From NCBI RefSeq assembly GCF_009834535.1, contig NC_045707.1:46688001-46752000 (forward strand): a stretch of DNA of 64,000 nucleotides, given 5' to 3'. Positions 14,211 through 28,045 of the stretch are shown in pieces (position 1 is the stretch's first letter; each line of letters begins with the position of its first letter). The position numbers and the translations under genes were made by a program. Source of the DNA: Camelus ferus (Eukaryota). A model generated the notes under the pieces. It made no database searches. It was not told the DNA's origin and saw only the letters and a program-made list of their open reading frames with translations.

Positions 14211-16573
14211 ATGGATATAACACAATAAACCAATATCCTATTTTTGGACACATGTTTTTTCCAAATTTTGCGTTAAGTTGAATAACGTGGAATAATTATG
14301 GAACCATAATTCTTTAGGATGTCCAATGACTCCCAAAGAATTTCAGATGGAAATATTAGTGAATACAATCATTTATACTGACTTGGTGTAAATCTTACAT
14401 TATGAGTCCCAAGCAGTGATATGGGAGTGGATCTTGGCTTCCAGCATTGCTCCAGATAACAACAGATCGAAGTAAAATAGGCAATAAATGAGTCATATTA
14501 TTCAAATCTGCTTCTTAGACTATCTAAGAATTGTTCATCTATTGTCTGTTTTTTAAATTAATGAATCCTCCACACCTTTGTATAGGAAGATTTCCTGTAT
14601 TATCAGATCCAGCTAAAACTTCACCAGTTTGCAAATTATCCATCAGCTGTTGCCCCTCCTTCTGAATCTGTGCAATCTTTTGGATGTCCCAGTGAACACC
14701 TGTGGTTTCAGGTGCTGTCTTCCAGCTTTTCCAGATGATCTCACATGGAAATTTGCTCAGACACCCACGTACATATTACCTCTAACTATGAACAAGTCCA
14801 TCTACAATCTAATCATACCCTCCACATCCAGTGACATTAAATTTATTTAAGAGCAAATGAGCTAATGGGCTAATATCCAACATTTGCTCTAGGGGCTGGC
14901 TACTGTCCAAGGTAAACCAAGATACTCAGGGAGGTAATACCACAAAACATCTTGGCAAACTCAAATTCAAGGACCAATGCTGTCCAGAACCAGTTGTGCA
15001 ACTGGTATCTGTGTAAATATTGGCTGGACATAGTCAGTCACTATTCTGGCTAAGTTATCTTGTCACAACTGCAAGATGAGAGGCAACATGGCACTACTTT
15101 CCATGTTGTGTGAAAGGTGAAGGTCATATTCAACTATTGCTGTTCTCACTGAAACATCCATCCTATCATTCTATGTGTGTATTACAAGCATCCTTTCAAT
15201 TACTTTTGTTATATCTTTCATTAATTTAAAATACTCATTTTTAAATACATTTGTAAAATACTGTATAAAACAAAGACAAGTAGAATTCTTTATTGCAAGA
15301 CTTCTTAGTGCCTTTAATATGCTAACATATTGTAAATCTTCAAGAGGTACCTAGTGTTTGTCAATACAAATGATCACGGTGCATTTATTTAAAAGAAAGA
15401 AACAAAGTATCATTAATGAAGAAGGAAATGTTCTTCCTCTTTCCTGACCTGTATCCTCTAAGAAAACTTCTTACTAAGTTTATTCAGCATCTCTCCCTTA
15501 ATTTGATAGTCACCTCGTGGTCCTTCCTACGCAAACCTAACTACTCAGAGGCTAGAGGACGCAGAATATCTGGAATAGGTGATTGTCAGCACAGTGCAAG
15601 GACTTTCTCGAAAAAAAAATTGAAATGATGGGAAAAAGGAGGAGAGGAAGAAAAGGGAATATCCTATAAGGATAGGGGGTGTCCAGGATAGTTTTGGGGG
15701 AGTTGTGTACAAAGAATTGGTGAAGAGAGCTCTTGGAGAGGCTTTGAGAGTGAGACAATTTTAGAAGAATGAAGAAAAAAAAATTTAAGAAATGATATTG
15801 TGAATTATGAATTGGATCTCTTTTAATATTTTCTGAGAAATGCAAGAAAGGGAAAGATAGTGATCAGACCTTACTATTGAACTATGTTTCTTTGAATGCT
15901 CACCCTATTGAGACTGGCCATCTGAGCCCTAGGATTTATTCAGGTTACAACAGAACACCTCCACACCAGTACTATCTTTAGAGAACTGCTGAGTAACACC
16001 GTTTTTCAATGCACACAGCTAGGAATAGAGATAGGGAATTAAATAAAATTTTATCGCTTTTGGCCCAAGGGCCTTTTGAAGTTTATAGAACAAAGATGAG
16101 AAACAATAGCGCATTTTTTTTAAATGGTAAGGACGAAACAAAACTAAGAATAAATTTTTGAGCATGAGACAAGGTTACATCTTAGAAATTGATCTCATGA
16201 AAGAAAACATCAAAGCAATAATTTCTCACACAATTTTAATTGTTGCTTTGATTGAAACATAAAATTGTCAGTTCAAATTAAGCCTTTAACAACTCCACTT
16301 CGAATTTACATTAAGCCTAAGCCATCTGTTTGGCTAACTATGGATGTGAATTGTGTTAACACATCATACTACCTCATCAGATTGTTAGGATGACATGAAT
16401 TAATATATGTGAAACATTTAGAATAGGATCTATCATGTAGTTAGGGTTCCACATATTTAGTTACCATTTTTATTACCAAACTTCACTACTTTAAAACGTT
16501 AATTTTCTTGCATTTGTTGTAACATCTCTGAAGCTGGGGTAGTGTGCCATAAACTGGTAGCATTTTCTTCTTC

Positions 16574-16657
16574 TTTTTTTAATGGAGGTACTGGGGATTG
16601 AACTCAGGACCCTGCGCATGCTGAGCATGCACGCTGCCACTGATATACCCCCTCTCC
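16574..16657 (-). mobile_element. tRNA-derived SINE (camelid-type)
   Basis: Reverse complement of the 46056 element, with decayed A box, B box and A tail. Confidence 0.85.
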
Positions 16658-16844
16658 TTTTTTTTTTCTTCTTTCTTACTGATACATCAAATAAGACTGT
16701 TTCTGACTGACAATTGATGGTGTTTTTTAATTCAATAAAATATCTTATTATTACTTGTTTCTTTTTCTCCATTATTTTTGGATGTTTTACTGTATTTTTC
16801 TATTCCATAAGTGATCGCCTTTCTTTTTAAATACTCCCTGTCAA

Positions 16845-16875
16845 ATATATATATATATATTATATATATATATAA
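16845..16875. repeat. (TA)n microsatellite
   Basis: Directly visible. Confidence 0.9.
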
Positions 16876-17221
16876 TCTCATATATTATAAGAAACAAAAT
16901 ATCACCAGTCTCCCCACCCCTACCTCTATTAAGACCTACCAGGGTGAAAGATCTTTGTGGATAACCAAGGTTTCATATGATATACTGTCCATTTATTGTA
17001 CCTTGGGTAATATTTGATAAAGGGCTTGAAATAAACAACAAATCAATCAGAAGAGAAACTTCAAGTCAGGAATGATGAAGAAGAGAAGACTGGTGTAGAG
17101 CGATGAGCCTTGTAAAATACATAGACATCTTTCTAACCAACATCCATGTCATCAACTGCTGGGTTTACTAAGAATCTCCATTCCCTCAAACACCTGTAGT
17201 AGAAATTTTGGGTACACAAAT

Positions 17222-17625
17222 CTCTATCAATCAGGAGTCTTTGGTGACAAGCAGCAGAAACCAACTCTTGGCAACTTAACCAAAAAGGGAGACTTCCGGA
17301 AGGATGTGGAACAGCAAAAAGAATAGACTCATAGAACCAAATTCAGAAATGGCTGGAGAACCCAGCTTGTCACCAGAGCAACCTTATGGATCTTTACGGT
17401 GTCAAGAACACCTGACCTTCTTCCCTGGGAGCTACTGCTATATGAAATGAACAGCATGGGTCATGTGCCTGCTCCAAGCCGAGGAAGAGCAGGGAAACTT
17501 GATTATGGTCTGATCAAGCTGTGTCCACTGGGGTGAGATAAATCTTCAAAAGGAACTAGGTGCTACTATCAAGGGAGTATGGACTAGATGTTGGCCTGCC
17601 AACACCCAACAAATGTCCACTACTG
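17222..17625 (-). mobile_element. Old MLT1-type LTR
   Basis: 'caggagtctttggtgacaagcagcagaaaccaactc...aaatgtccactac'. Confidence 0.55.
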
Positions 17626-20209
17626 ATCTGACCAATAACAACCAGTCGCTGGTCATTCTAGCATGCTACATTCCACAATCAGTATGAAAATCCATTGCAA
17701 ACTAGAAAGAACCATCAGCACACCTTGTAGTACTTGCATCCAGAAGGCATCTTCCCTGCCAGCACTGTAAATAAAGGACTTGAGGGCAGCATGGGTGGGG
17801 CAAATACCATCCAGCCCAACCTACTGCCAACATTCACACTCCACAAGCAGCACCACGTGGCTGAAATTGCACGCTGCAAGGAAAGGCACTTCCTGAGGGC
17901 ACCCCCAGATTTCTGCTTTGTCTTTGCTGTGCTTACCCAGCTACGAGCCTGGCATGATCATACAGGTGAATCTCATTAGCTCATGTTCAAAATACTCAAA
18001 TTTGTTTTAATGTACAAGATTAATTATAGCTGGTGGCTGGACTTACACATTAGATGATTCACCATGTGCATGCAAACAATCTTAGCGGTTTCTAGGGTTG
18101 CATGAGTCAACTTGCTTCCATTCACTTGGGTGAATACTGGCTGGCCTTGTTTCCATCACCTGGCTTTTTGGTGTTTTATTCTGCTCCCAGGTGCTCCTTT
18201 CTCCTTCCTGACTCACCTTCATCTCCTTGCCTTTGCTTTTGCAGTCCTACTGATTATGCCTACTCAGGGAGCCCATGTTCCTGCCATGGAGAAAGACAAA
18301 CCGAAGGAGAGCTGCTGAGCTTGTCACCTGCTTTCTTGGCAGGAGCAAGATGTTCATTTTTGCAAAGGCGAGAGGCCTGCCCCTCAGGCTTGGCAGGAGC
18401 AGAGGGGCAACAACGGCTTCATGGGGGTCTAATCCGCAAAAGTCCCTCGGTGGAGTTTGTCTTGTTCCCATTTGCCACTTGTTTTAGAGTCTGCTTTATT
18501 ATTAGTGCATATGTTGAGAGCTACCATCTCCACTCTGGCTTAAATGCAATCTTAGATGTGTAGAGATACCAGAATTTAAAGGAAGGTTGCTAAGTCAATT
18601 TTTTTTTTTTTTTTTTTTTTGGTGTAAACCTGTGTATAAGAGACTGAGAGAAACTGCGGAAATTTCTTGTTCAACACAGCATTTCAACACAGGATTAGAA
18701 GGGCTTACTTTGATTTATGTTTATGCTTATCTCTGCATTACTGCATATTACATACATGGCTCTGTGTTGACGGCTGATCCTGCACAGAGGCAGTTCTGAC
18801 AGTTTCAAGAATTATTTCCACAAGCTTAGTTCTGAATCATGTGCCTTGTCCCAATGTGCACTCTGCAATCAGACTTGCTTCCCTTCCTTCTGGCTCCTGG
18901 GCTCTGGCTCTTCTACATGTGACCTTGCCTCGCTCCTTGGACTTCACACCTAGCACCAGTTTTCTAACTACAGCCATATACTGCCTTTCTTGATGAGTTT
19001 AGGTTTTCCTTCTGGCCATGTTTCCCTCATCCATCAGCTCAGACTTTGGCCCCTTCAACATCTCCCCTCTGACCTGAGGATGCCTGCAAACAGTATCTTC
19101 CACAACTCTGTGAGTAGAACCCAGACATGTAGTGAAAAAGCAAAAACAGGACAGGGAGCTTGTGGTCTGTTTGAGGAAACAGGATCTGCGTATGTTGAAC
19201 AGCAAGATTTTGGTGCACACAATGCATGTTCGGAGCTGGAGGACTATCAAAGCCCAACTTTTGGAAATAATTTTGTAGGCTAGGGGTGATAAATAAGATT
19301 TATCTCCCATGCCAATTCCAATCAGTTGGTAGCATCAACTGTGGAAAAAAGACTCTAAAGCTTCATCTAGGTTGAACAGGAAAGAGTATCTTGATTAGCA
19401 AGGTTGGCCTTGAACAAGGCATCATGCATTTGCCATCTCTACTGTGATAAATCACCCACTATTTAGAAATTTTTAAGTAGAAGAGTTTTTAAAAAATGAA
19501 GTCAGTATTTTAAGATTAATTTGGCTCAGAACAGAATGGATTAGAGCAGGACAAGTATGTTTTCAGAGAAACAAAGTTAATAGGCTCTTCTAGTCTGGTC
19601 AAGAAATGATGAAATGAAAAAAAAAAAAAAAACAGTTCCCCAAAGGAGGCAAAAATATGACATAAACTGGTGGAGCACAGTTCTCTGGGCAGAAGTGGGG
19701 CTGAGCCAAGGTCATTGGGAATTAGCCGAATGTGAGCAGAAGGTCACGGTAGCAGAAGCCATGGCTCCTGATCCCTCCTGAGGAGGGACTCAAGTGAGAA
19801 CATCTGTTTCCTCCACCCATGCTTCCAAACTCCAATAAGCATTAGTACTAAGGGCAGCAGAAAACAATGTCCAATATCAGTTGCCAAAGGAGAGAATTTG
19901 CCTATATCCCTTCTTACTACGCAGTCAGCAGATGGAAAATGGTCAGTTTGTTCCTCTGGATGGGGCTGACAAAACCAGAGAGTGACAAGAATCTTATCAG
20001 ATTGCAGTAAGTGTGAAAATAGAAAGGAATGGATAAAAAATATTTTAAGAAGTAAAACAGAACTGATTAAAATATAATAAAACGATCAGGATTTTGTGAG
20101 TGACCATAAAAGATGCAGCAAAAGTAGAACTGACTCTTTAGCTTCAGACCTGAGAGAATGGAGGAGCATTTAAGAGACACAGAAAAGAGGCTGGATTGGA
20201 GTCTGGGAG

Positions 20210-20690
20210 AGACTGCTAAATTTTCCTCAATATTCATCTTCTCTTCTCCAACAGAACTAGAGCCGCAGATTTTTAGCTGGATATGTGACAGTGAATGTAA
20301 AAACATTTCCAAGCTTCCTTTGCAGCTGGAAATCCAAGTCTGTAAGTTCTTGCCAATGGGATATAAGCAGAAACGACACATACAAGTTCAGGTTTGTCCT
20401 CAAAGAGAACATAGGTGACATCTTCCTCCCGTTTGTCCTTCCTGCTGCATGGATGGCATCTGAGGTCATGCCATGAGCCATCTGGAACCATATGGGCAAG
20501 AGCCACTCTGTAGAAATGCAACTTTGCAGCAAGATTGAGGGATTCTGACACTTGGCACTGGCATTCGAGCCCAGGACTACTTACACCTGGGCTGTTATTG
20601 AGGTGTGGAGGGAGGAGAGAGTGTCTATTTTTCTAATTCACTGTTATTTGGGGTCTTTGTTACAACATCTTGCCCCTATATACTAAATTC
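20210..20690 (+). mobile_element. MLT1-type LTR
   Basis: 'ttccaagcttcctttgcagctgg...aagttcttgccaatgggatataagcagaa...gggtctttgttacaac'. Confidence 0.6.
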
Positions 20691-22035
20691 TACAAGGAAT
20701 GCTTTCTATAAGGAATGTATTAAAAATTACATGTCACATAATTAGGCATTTTGCAATGAGACGATTAAATTGCTTTGGGTAATCCTCTTGATGATCAGAA
20801 AAACAGAGGCGATGTCAGAAAACTAGAGACAACCAAAGGCAGGAAACAATTTTTTAAAAAGAGGAGAAGCAGGTGGGTCTCGGCAGTAAGAGCCTGGTGA
20901 GCGTAGAGGTGATATGGGACAGGAAGAACTATGAGCATTTGGAACAAGGGAAGATGACCAGTGGGAGCCAACGTAAGAGCATCAAGAACAAATATCAATC
21001 CCTGTTTTGAGTGTGACGGTGGGTAGGTAAACCAAGGGACTTGTGTCCACATAACATATCAGAATTTCCGCAAGGCATTCACCAAATCTTTCTGAATTTG
21101 TTTCTGGAGACTGGAAGGATCCATAGTCTATGACAGTCCAGCTGGATGGATGCATATGTAGCTGAGTGGATGAGCATAACATGGCATGAAAGCACTGATA
21201 AGACCAAGCTGCCCAACAGGCCCAGTCCGTACCTCCATCAATGGAAGTACAGGCTGCCTGACAGAGAGAAGAGTGTACTAATCCACCTGCACAACTGGCA
21301 TGTTATTTTCCACTCACGGTGCCTTGAAAAGAGACACTGACAGAGTATGACCCATCCAGAAGAGGGCAACAGGCTAAATTGGAAACTAAAGAACCATAAA
21401 GAATGGGAAGGGTCCAACCTGAAAAGCCGAAGGCTTGCAGGTGGGGCGGGGATTATAATAGAGCAGCTGTCCTCAAATATCTTAAGAATTGTCCCTTTAG
21501 AATGTTCTGTGTGGTTTCATTGGTTGAGTGTTTTTTCCAAGGTTATACCATGATTCACTGACAGACTGGGATTAGAACTCAGATTTCCTCAGTGCTGATC
21601 CCTACAACACAGGTAACTACTGCAGGGCCCTCCTAACAACAGGCCACCTGAACATGGTGCTTTTGATTCTGGCTCTTGGTTCACTTACACTTCAGTGTAA
21701 ATACACTGATTAGACTCTACTCAGAAAGAAGAGTGTTAGGCAAACAGGCTTATGTTAGAGACACGTGCTCCCGCCTCTCCTCTTCCTCAAGGACTCCTGT
21801 CTTATCCCCATCCATAGCAATACCCCAATTTCTTTCATTCCATTTTCTCAGCTACTTATTAAGACAAAATGAAACTGTCTAAACTAATTAAGAGGTGGTT
21901 CAGTAGTAGATCTGGGTTTATATTCTTTCTCACCTGCCAACTAACTTGGTGACTTTGGTGAGGATATTTAATTTCTCTGAGATCTAGTTTCTTCAAATCT
22001 AATTTTTAAAAATCAAATTAAAAAATTCCTTTTGG

Positions 22036-22860
22036 AAGTCTATAAGTAACAAATGCTGGAGAGGGTATGAAGTAAAGGGAACCCTCCTGCACTGTTGGTG
22101 GAATGTAAATTGGTGCAGCTACTATGGAAAACAGTATGGAGGTTCCTTAAAAAACTAAAAATAGAGTTACCATATGATTCAGCAATCCCACTCCTGGGCA
22201 TGTATCTGGAGAAAACTATAATTTAAAAAGAAACATGCACCCCAATGTCCATAGCAGTACTATATACAATAGCCAGAACATGGAGGCAACCTAAATGTCC
22301 ATTGACATATTACTGGATAAAGAAGATGTGATATGTATATATATATACACACACATATACACATACACACACATACACAAACACACACACAATGGAATAT
22401 ATAATGAAATAGTACTCAGCCATAAAAAAGAATGAAATAATATCATTTGCAGCAATATGGATGGTTCTAAAGATTATCATATTAAGTGAAGTAAGTCAGA
22501 CAGAGAAAAACAAATACCATATGATATCACTTATATGTGGAATCTAAAAAAATGACATAAGTGAAATATTTACAAAAACAGACTCAGACACAGAAAACAA
22601 ACTTGTGGTTACCAAAGGGGAAGCTGGGAGAGTGACAAACTAGAAGTTTGAGATTAACAGATAAACACCACTATATACAAAATAGATAAACAACAAGATC
22701 CCACAGTACAGCACAGGGGAACTATATTCAGTATCTTGTAACAACCTGTGATGAAGAAGAATGTGTGTGTATACATATATATATATATACTTGAATCACT
22801 ATGCTGTATACCAGAAACTAACACAACAATGTAAATCAACTATACTTAAATTTAAAAAGA
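22036..22860 (+). mobile_element. 5'-truncated L1 (ORF2 C-terminus and 3' UTR)
   Basis: 'aacaaatgctggagaggg...tgaatcactatgctgtataccagaaact' followed by an A tail; similar to 6440-7180. Confidence 0.93.
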
Positions 22861-25800
22861 GAAAGCATTATTTGCTGTGTAGAAAACAGATGTAGCAGCC
22901 CCTTTCCTCCTTCCGAACAGAACCCCCTGCTTGTTCAAAAATATTCCTCTTCTGGGTGGTCATGTGCATTAGGGAATTCTTATAGGGGGCTTCTAGAAAG
23001 GTTTTCACATGCTTAAGTGAATCACAAGAGATAAGATGGTCTATCTCTGGACCTTGTAGGGACAGGATATGACACCAGAAATAGATACGGTTATCAACCT
23101 ACTAGCCATGTGGTAGGATAAAGCTACCACATGGGGGAGTTTGAAGCTAAGAGATGCAGAGGGAAGAGTGCCAGAGCACTTACATTTGCCAGGTTGGGGC
23201 TCTCTTCCTCTATTGCTACTGCAAAGACGCCTAGAGGGAAGGTTTGCTGCCACCACACAAAAGCTCACTATTGTCTGCTGGCTGGGGATGTCCCTCTTGC
23301 CTCTCCAGATTCACTCCCCATCTTTCTCCTCCCTATTGCAGGAATCATACAGCTGACCTCTAAGAAATGCATCAACAGGCCTACCTTTCCTGTAGTTTCT
23401 GGTTGGGTTGGGCCAATGGTAGTGTCAGCAAGAGATGGGAGGGAGAAAGACAGTGAAGGAAGAGTACTGATTCCTTTTGCTTTTCCAGTTGGGGGGCTTG
23501 CAGAGGGCTGTATCCTTGTGCAGTTTCTGGCCCCTATAAGGCAAGCCTCTCTCCACAGCCCTCTCAGTCTCAGCATTCTAGTAACAGCTCCCTCCTCTTG
23601 CTCCATCAGGCCTAAGATGGGGAACTATGCCTTACTTGCCCTGAGCAACTACACTTTCCTTTGTGGTTTCTCTATCCCCTGCCCATAATTATGGAAATAA
23701 TTCCTTTATTAAACTCTACTCCAAGGATCCCAGTATGAGTGCAGCATCTCTTTCCTGCTGGAATCCTGACTGTGTACATTCTTTGTTTTGTTACTCTGGG
23801 GTATTTGAGAAGCCGACGCCAAGGTGTGTAAGACACCAAGAACACATGTGTATGTGTGAGGAGTATGATGAAAATCTGACTCCGAGTGAAGGAGAATGAG
23901 AAGGAAGACCAAATGGAAGCATTCTAAACTGCCATGCAATCTAAAGAAAGTTTGGCAAGCCAAAGTTGGCCATCAGAGCATCAGAGGAGTCCCATGTCTC
24001 CCAGGAATGGGCCTGCCTTAGTATTCCTGCTGTGGTTAGTCATTGGTGAGAAGAAGTCCACAGTATCAGTGTGGCCTCTGTTGAATATGGCAATCATTTC
24101 AGCACAACCACAGCTCCATCCCTGTGGATGTCGGTCTGTGAGGCACATTCTCACTACTGTCATGCTCATCCTGTGAACATTGTTAGCACCCGCCTTAAGG
24201 TTTGAGTGTCCCCCCATCTCCTACCACCAAGACTCTGTTTTTACCTTTTTATATTTATTTTCCCCTCAGAAAGGATGGTGTTAAAATTCAAAATGTGCTT
24301 CCTCAGTCAAATGGCAATGAAATGACTGGCTGGCAATCTCCCAAATGGCCTTAAAGGGTGTCATTTATTACCTTACAAATTGACAATCATTAGCAGTCAG
24401 ATAATTAGTCTAGTGAGTTCAAAATTTGATTTTTGTCAGCACACCATGCAGTTCATCTCCCAGGGCAAGCCTGTACTAATCATATTCAAGGAGCTAATGT
24501 AAAAAAATCAGAAGGCCAAGTTACTCACTCTTCATGAGCAACCACTGTTACAAGGCCCAAGCCGATCTGACGTCTCTGGGATCAATACATCACTTCCCTG
24601 AAAAGCTAGATAATAATCAGGAGATTCGTTGTTGCGTGTGATGTCAGATCAAAGGGAATTAGATAAGTCAAAAGTTTGCAGCAGCAAAGCACGCTAGCAT
24701 GCATCATTCCTCTCACTCAGTGATGGCTGTACAGACAGGAGGTGAATATTCAAAACATAATAGTTTATCTACCCATCAGGAATGGTATTGCATGCTCAGA
24801 GTCCATTGGCTAATTCTCCTTCTCCACTGGACAAAGTCTGAACCACTAACAGTGGTCTCTACATCTGTCTTTTTTCCCCATTTCCATGGTTGCCCATCAC
24901 AACTACCACTTGCCCTTGTACCACCCCACCTTCAACTTGCAGTTAGCCCAAGAGTCTTGGAAGCCATCCTGTCTTTTTCCATTGATCCTTCCCATCAAAT
25001 CCAATATATGTTGGTATTAGAGTTTAGTACTCAAAAGGTTACTCCCATTTACCAACAAGTCAAATACTATCAATAAAGTTTCTTTCTCTTTTCAGGGCCC
25101 TGAGCTAGAAAGAGGAGCCTCAGTGTATATTCTGAGGTACACCTGGTTTTTGTCACTGGCCAAAGGCATCCTCCAACTGTTTCTTTTCCCCAGTAATGGA
25201 GTCTCAGAGGTTCCTTTTCCCAGGGGTGTGACTGGGAAGAACCATCCCGAAACCCTAGCCCTCTCTGGTTCCTCACCTTTTTGAATGGGAAATGTAGTCG
25301 ACCACAACCAACAATGTAATCAAGTAACTTTTCAGGCAAATTTCTGCCTCCAAGGAGCCTGCCCAGCCTCCCTGGCAAAGAGAAATCCCATTTGATTTGG
25401 AAAATTGCCCCAGCCATGATGTCAGCCTCTCCGTAGGCATATACAGATGGTAGAGACATACACTCTTTGGTTTTTTCCCTCAGGTCAGATTATCCTCCTT
25501 GGCCTTAGCCCACGTTGCCCATGTAACATTCTAGACCTACTTCACCAGACTGTGTTAATATTGTGCATCTAATTCTCTCACTCCACTTTGTGAGAAGGCA
25601 GCAGAGTGAGCCCATGTCATCATGATCTTTGTATGTCTGTTATGAGTCCACATATGCCAGCTGGAGGCACATTTCCCAGGCCTACTTCTCTGTTTCTTCA
25701 CACTAAGAAGAGAAAGCTACAAGACACTTGTTTTCCGGCAAATGTGAGGAGAACAGAGGTAAAGTTCTGAGAGCCAGGAAACACAATGATTAGGCTGGTT

Positions 25801-27754
25801 TTGTCCTGGACTAACTCAGCAGCCTTGAACAAAACACTTAATCCTCCTGGAATGCAGTTGCTTCCTTCTTTTAAAATGACAATGGTGACATTTGGCTCCA
25901 CTCACCTCCAAGAGCTCTTCAGAGGTAAAATATGATAATAACTGTGAAAATGTTGTAGGAGATATTAGAAATATAAAGAGCTCTCTGCTTTCAGTCAGAG
26001 AGAAGTGTGTTAGGACTCTCATGATCTCCAGGGATAGAAACTCATCTCTAAATAATCTGGTCAAGCAACAGGACTTTACTGAAGGTGGATTATCATAACC
26101 ATGGGAAGGTTAGAAGTGCAGCTCAACCTTGGGGACAACTATATTGGGGACTTGAGGTCTGCCAGTAGATTTCTGTCTCCATCTCTCTACTGCCACTCTA
26201 TACTTCATTCCCTTATAAGGATTCCTTTGAAAAGATGTTCAACATGGCCACTTTCAGGTGTCAGGACTCACATCTCACAACTCTGCTTCCAAAATACAGC
26301 CAATGGTCTTCTCTTAGTCCCAGCTTGAAAAGTTCTGGGGAACAATTTAGTCGGTCTGCTTTGGCTCAGACGGCCACCCCTGGACCAACCAACCATGACC
26401 ATAGAGACAAATTGCCATGACTGGCCAACTTGAGTTTGGGTCCGTATTCAGGGTCGCAGCCTGTACCAGTGGCTGGAAGTCTACCAAATAGTACTTAGGG
26501 GTAGGAGTCAGGGTTAATAATCCAGACATGGCCATCGAGGGCAACTCTGATTTAGGTCACTCCTAGAAAAAAGAGCATCACTGGAAGTGGGGCAGTCAGT
26601 CAAACTGCATGGAGTGAAGGGGAGCTGCTGGAAATGTCTCCACATTTGGTCTTTTTATCTAAACTAGAGTCGCACTTGCCCACAAAATACAGAGACTGAA
26701 CGCTGTTTCCACTCACCACCACACTGGGCTGTGCCATGCTCGCAGGGCATAAAAACACTTGCAGCCTTGTCTCGTTCTGTTAGATCAATGTAGGCTCAAC
26801 AGCTAAATACTCACGTGAGGGGGACAAAGGGAGAGGACAAGAACCTGCCAGGATTTCTCTAAGGATTTTGGCTTCATGATGATATAGATGTTGTCATCCT
26901 TTCTCCTCCCCTCTCCTAAGTATCTCAAGTCATAGTTCAAACCACCAGCTTGTATTAATTCATTTCCATGACAACAAATTACTAACTCTCCCTTTTTCCC
27001 CTTCCTGCTTCAGTTACATATGATGTAGAAGGGGCAGTGAATGTCAGTATATTTTCATACCAAGAATAGGGACTTGTGTGAACAAGAAAAATGTGCCCCA
27101 TTAACCACTACCAAACAACAAGAAAAAAATAAATATATGCATGAAAAAGTTGACCTTTTTACCCCAGATATATAAATTACATTTAATTCTTCCAAAAAAT
27201 AGCACAGCAAATGCAATTCATTAAAAAAAAAATACAATTAATTATAGGCCAAGTCCTGTGAAGTTACAATGATTTTTCTTTAGAGTCTCTTTTATAGACT
27301 TTGTGTTTCCGGTACAGAGACTGCATAGGAGAACTTCCCAGAAGACCTCAGTCAACCCAAAGGTATGTGGAAAATTTCCATTTTAGTCAAAGTTGAAAAA
27401 TCTGACTTTTTTTTTTTAAATGAGAACTCCTAAAAAATATCAACATAGTCTGAATGAGCACCCTTAGCAGAAAGAGCCACAAATCCTGGGGGGGGGGGGT
27501 TGTAAAGAGGAGAGGGTGCTTTTTTTGGTTTGTAATATAATCACTCCTTTTGTTTTCCTGGTATGATGGCATGGACCTCCACGTGGGCAATTGCTATGGT
27601 GGAACTGAAATCTCTTCACTGAGTCCTAGGTTTGTATAAAACACTTTATCACTGAAAGGGAAAAGGTTATGTGTATTATCAAGCTCATCCCAAAATGATA
27701 AAGAACAACTGAGTTGTGAACTTTGTAATACTTAAGAGTACTCACTTGCTAACT

Positions 27755-28045
27755 CTGGTGGGTTGAATGGTACCCTCACCCCCCACAAAATGATATATGT
27801 GTCCTAATTCCCAAAATCTATGAATGTGACCTTATTTGGAAAAAGGATTTTGAAGATATGATTAATTTAAGATTAATTAATCTTAAAATGAGGAGATTGT
27901 CCTGGATTATCCTGTGGGCCCTGAATCCAATGACATGTGTCTTTATAAGAGACATAGAGGAAACATGTAGATGAGAAGGAGGTAACATGACCATGGAGAA
28001 TGAGGTTTGAGTGGCATGGTCACATGTCAAGGAATGCCTACCTTC
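27755..28045 (+). mobile_element. MLT1 (MLT1C/D-like) LTR fragment
   Basis: 'tggtgggttgaatgg...tgaatgtgaccttatttggaaaaagg...cctggattatcc'. Confidence 0.75.

Noticed and set aside
14981..15030. 8-bp inverted repeat accagttg-tg-caactggt
   Set aside because: Short enough to occur by chance in 64 kb
15650..15700. Minus-strand LSWTP resembling CWxP
   Set aside because: Out of order (after the TM7 candidate) and has no acceptor; likely chance
23131..23688. Longest ORF (185 aa) and the other non-L1 ORFs in the track
   Set aside because: Lies in LTR-like repeat DNA, has no recognisable domain, and length is compatible with chance
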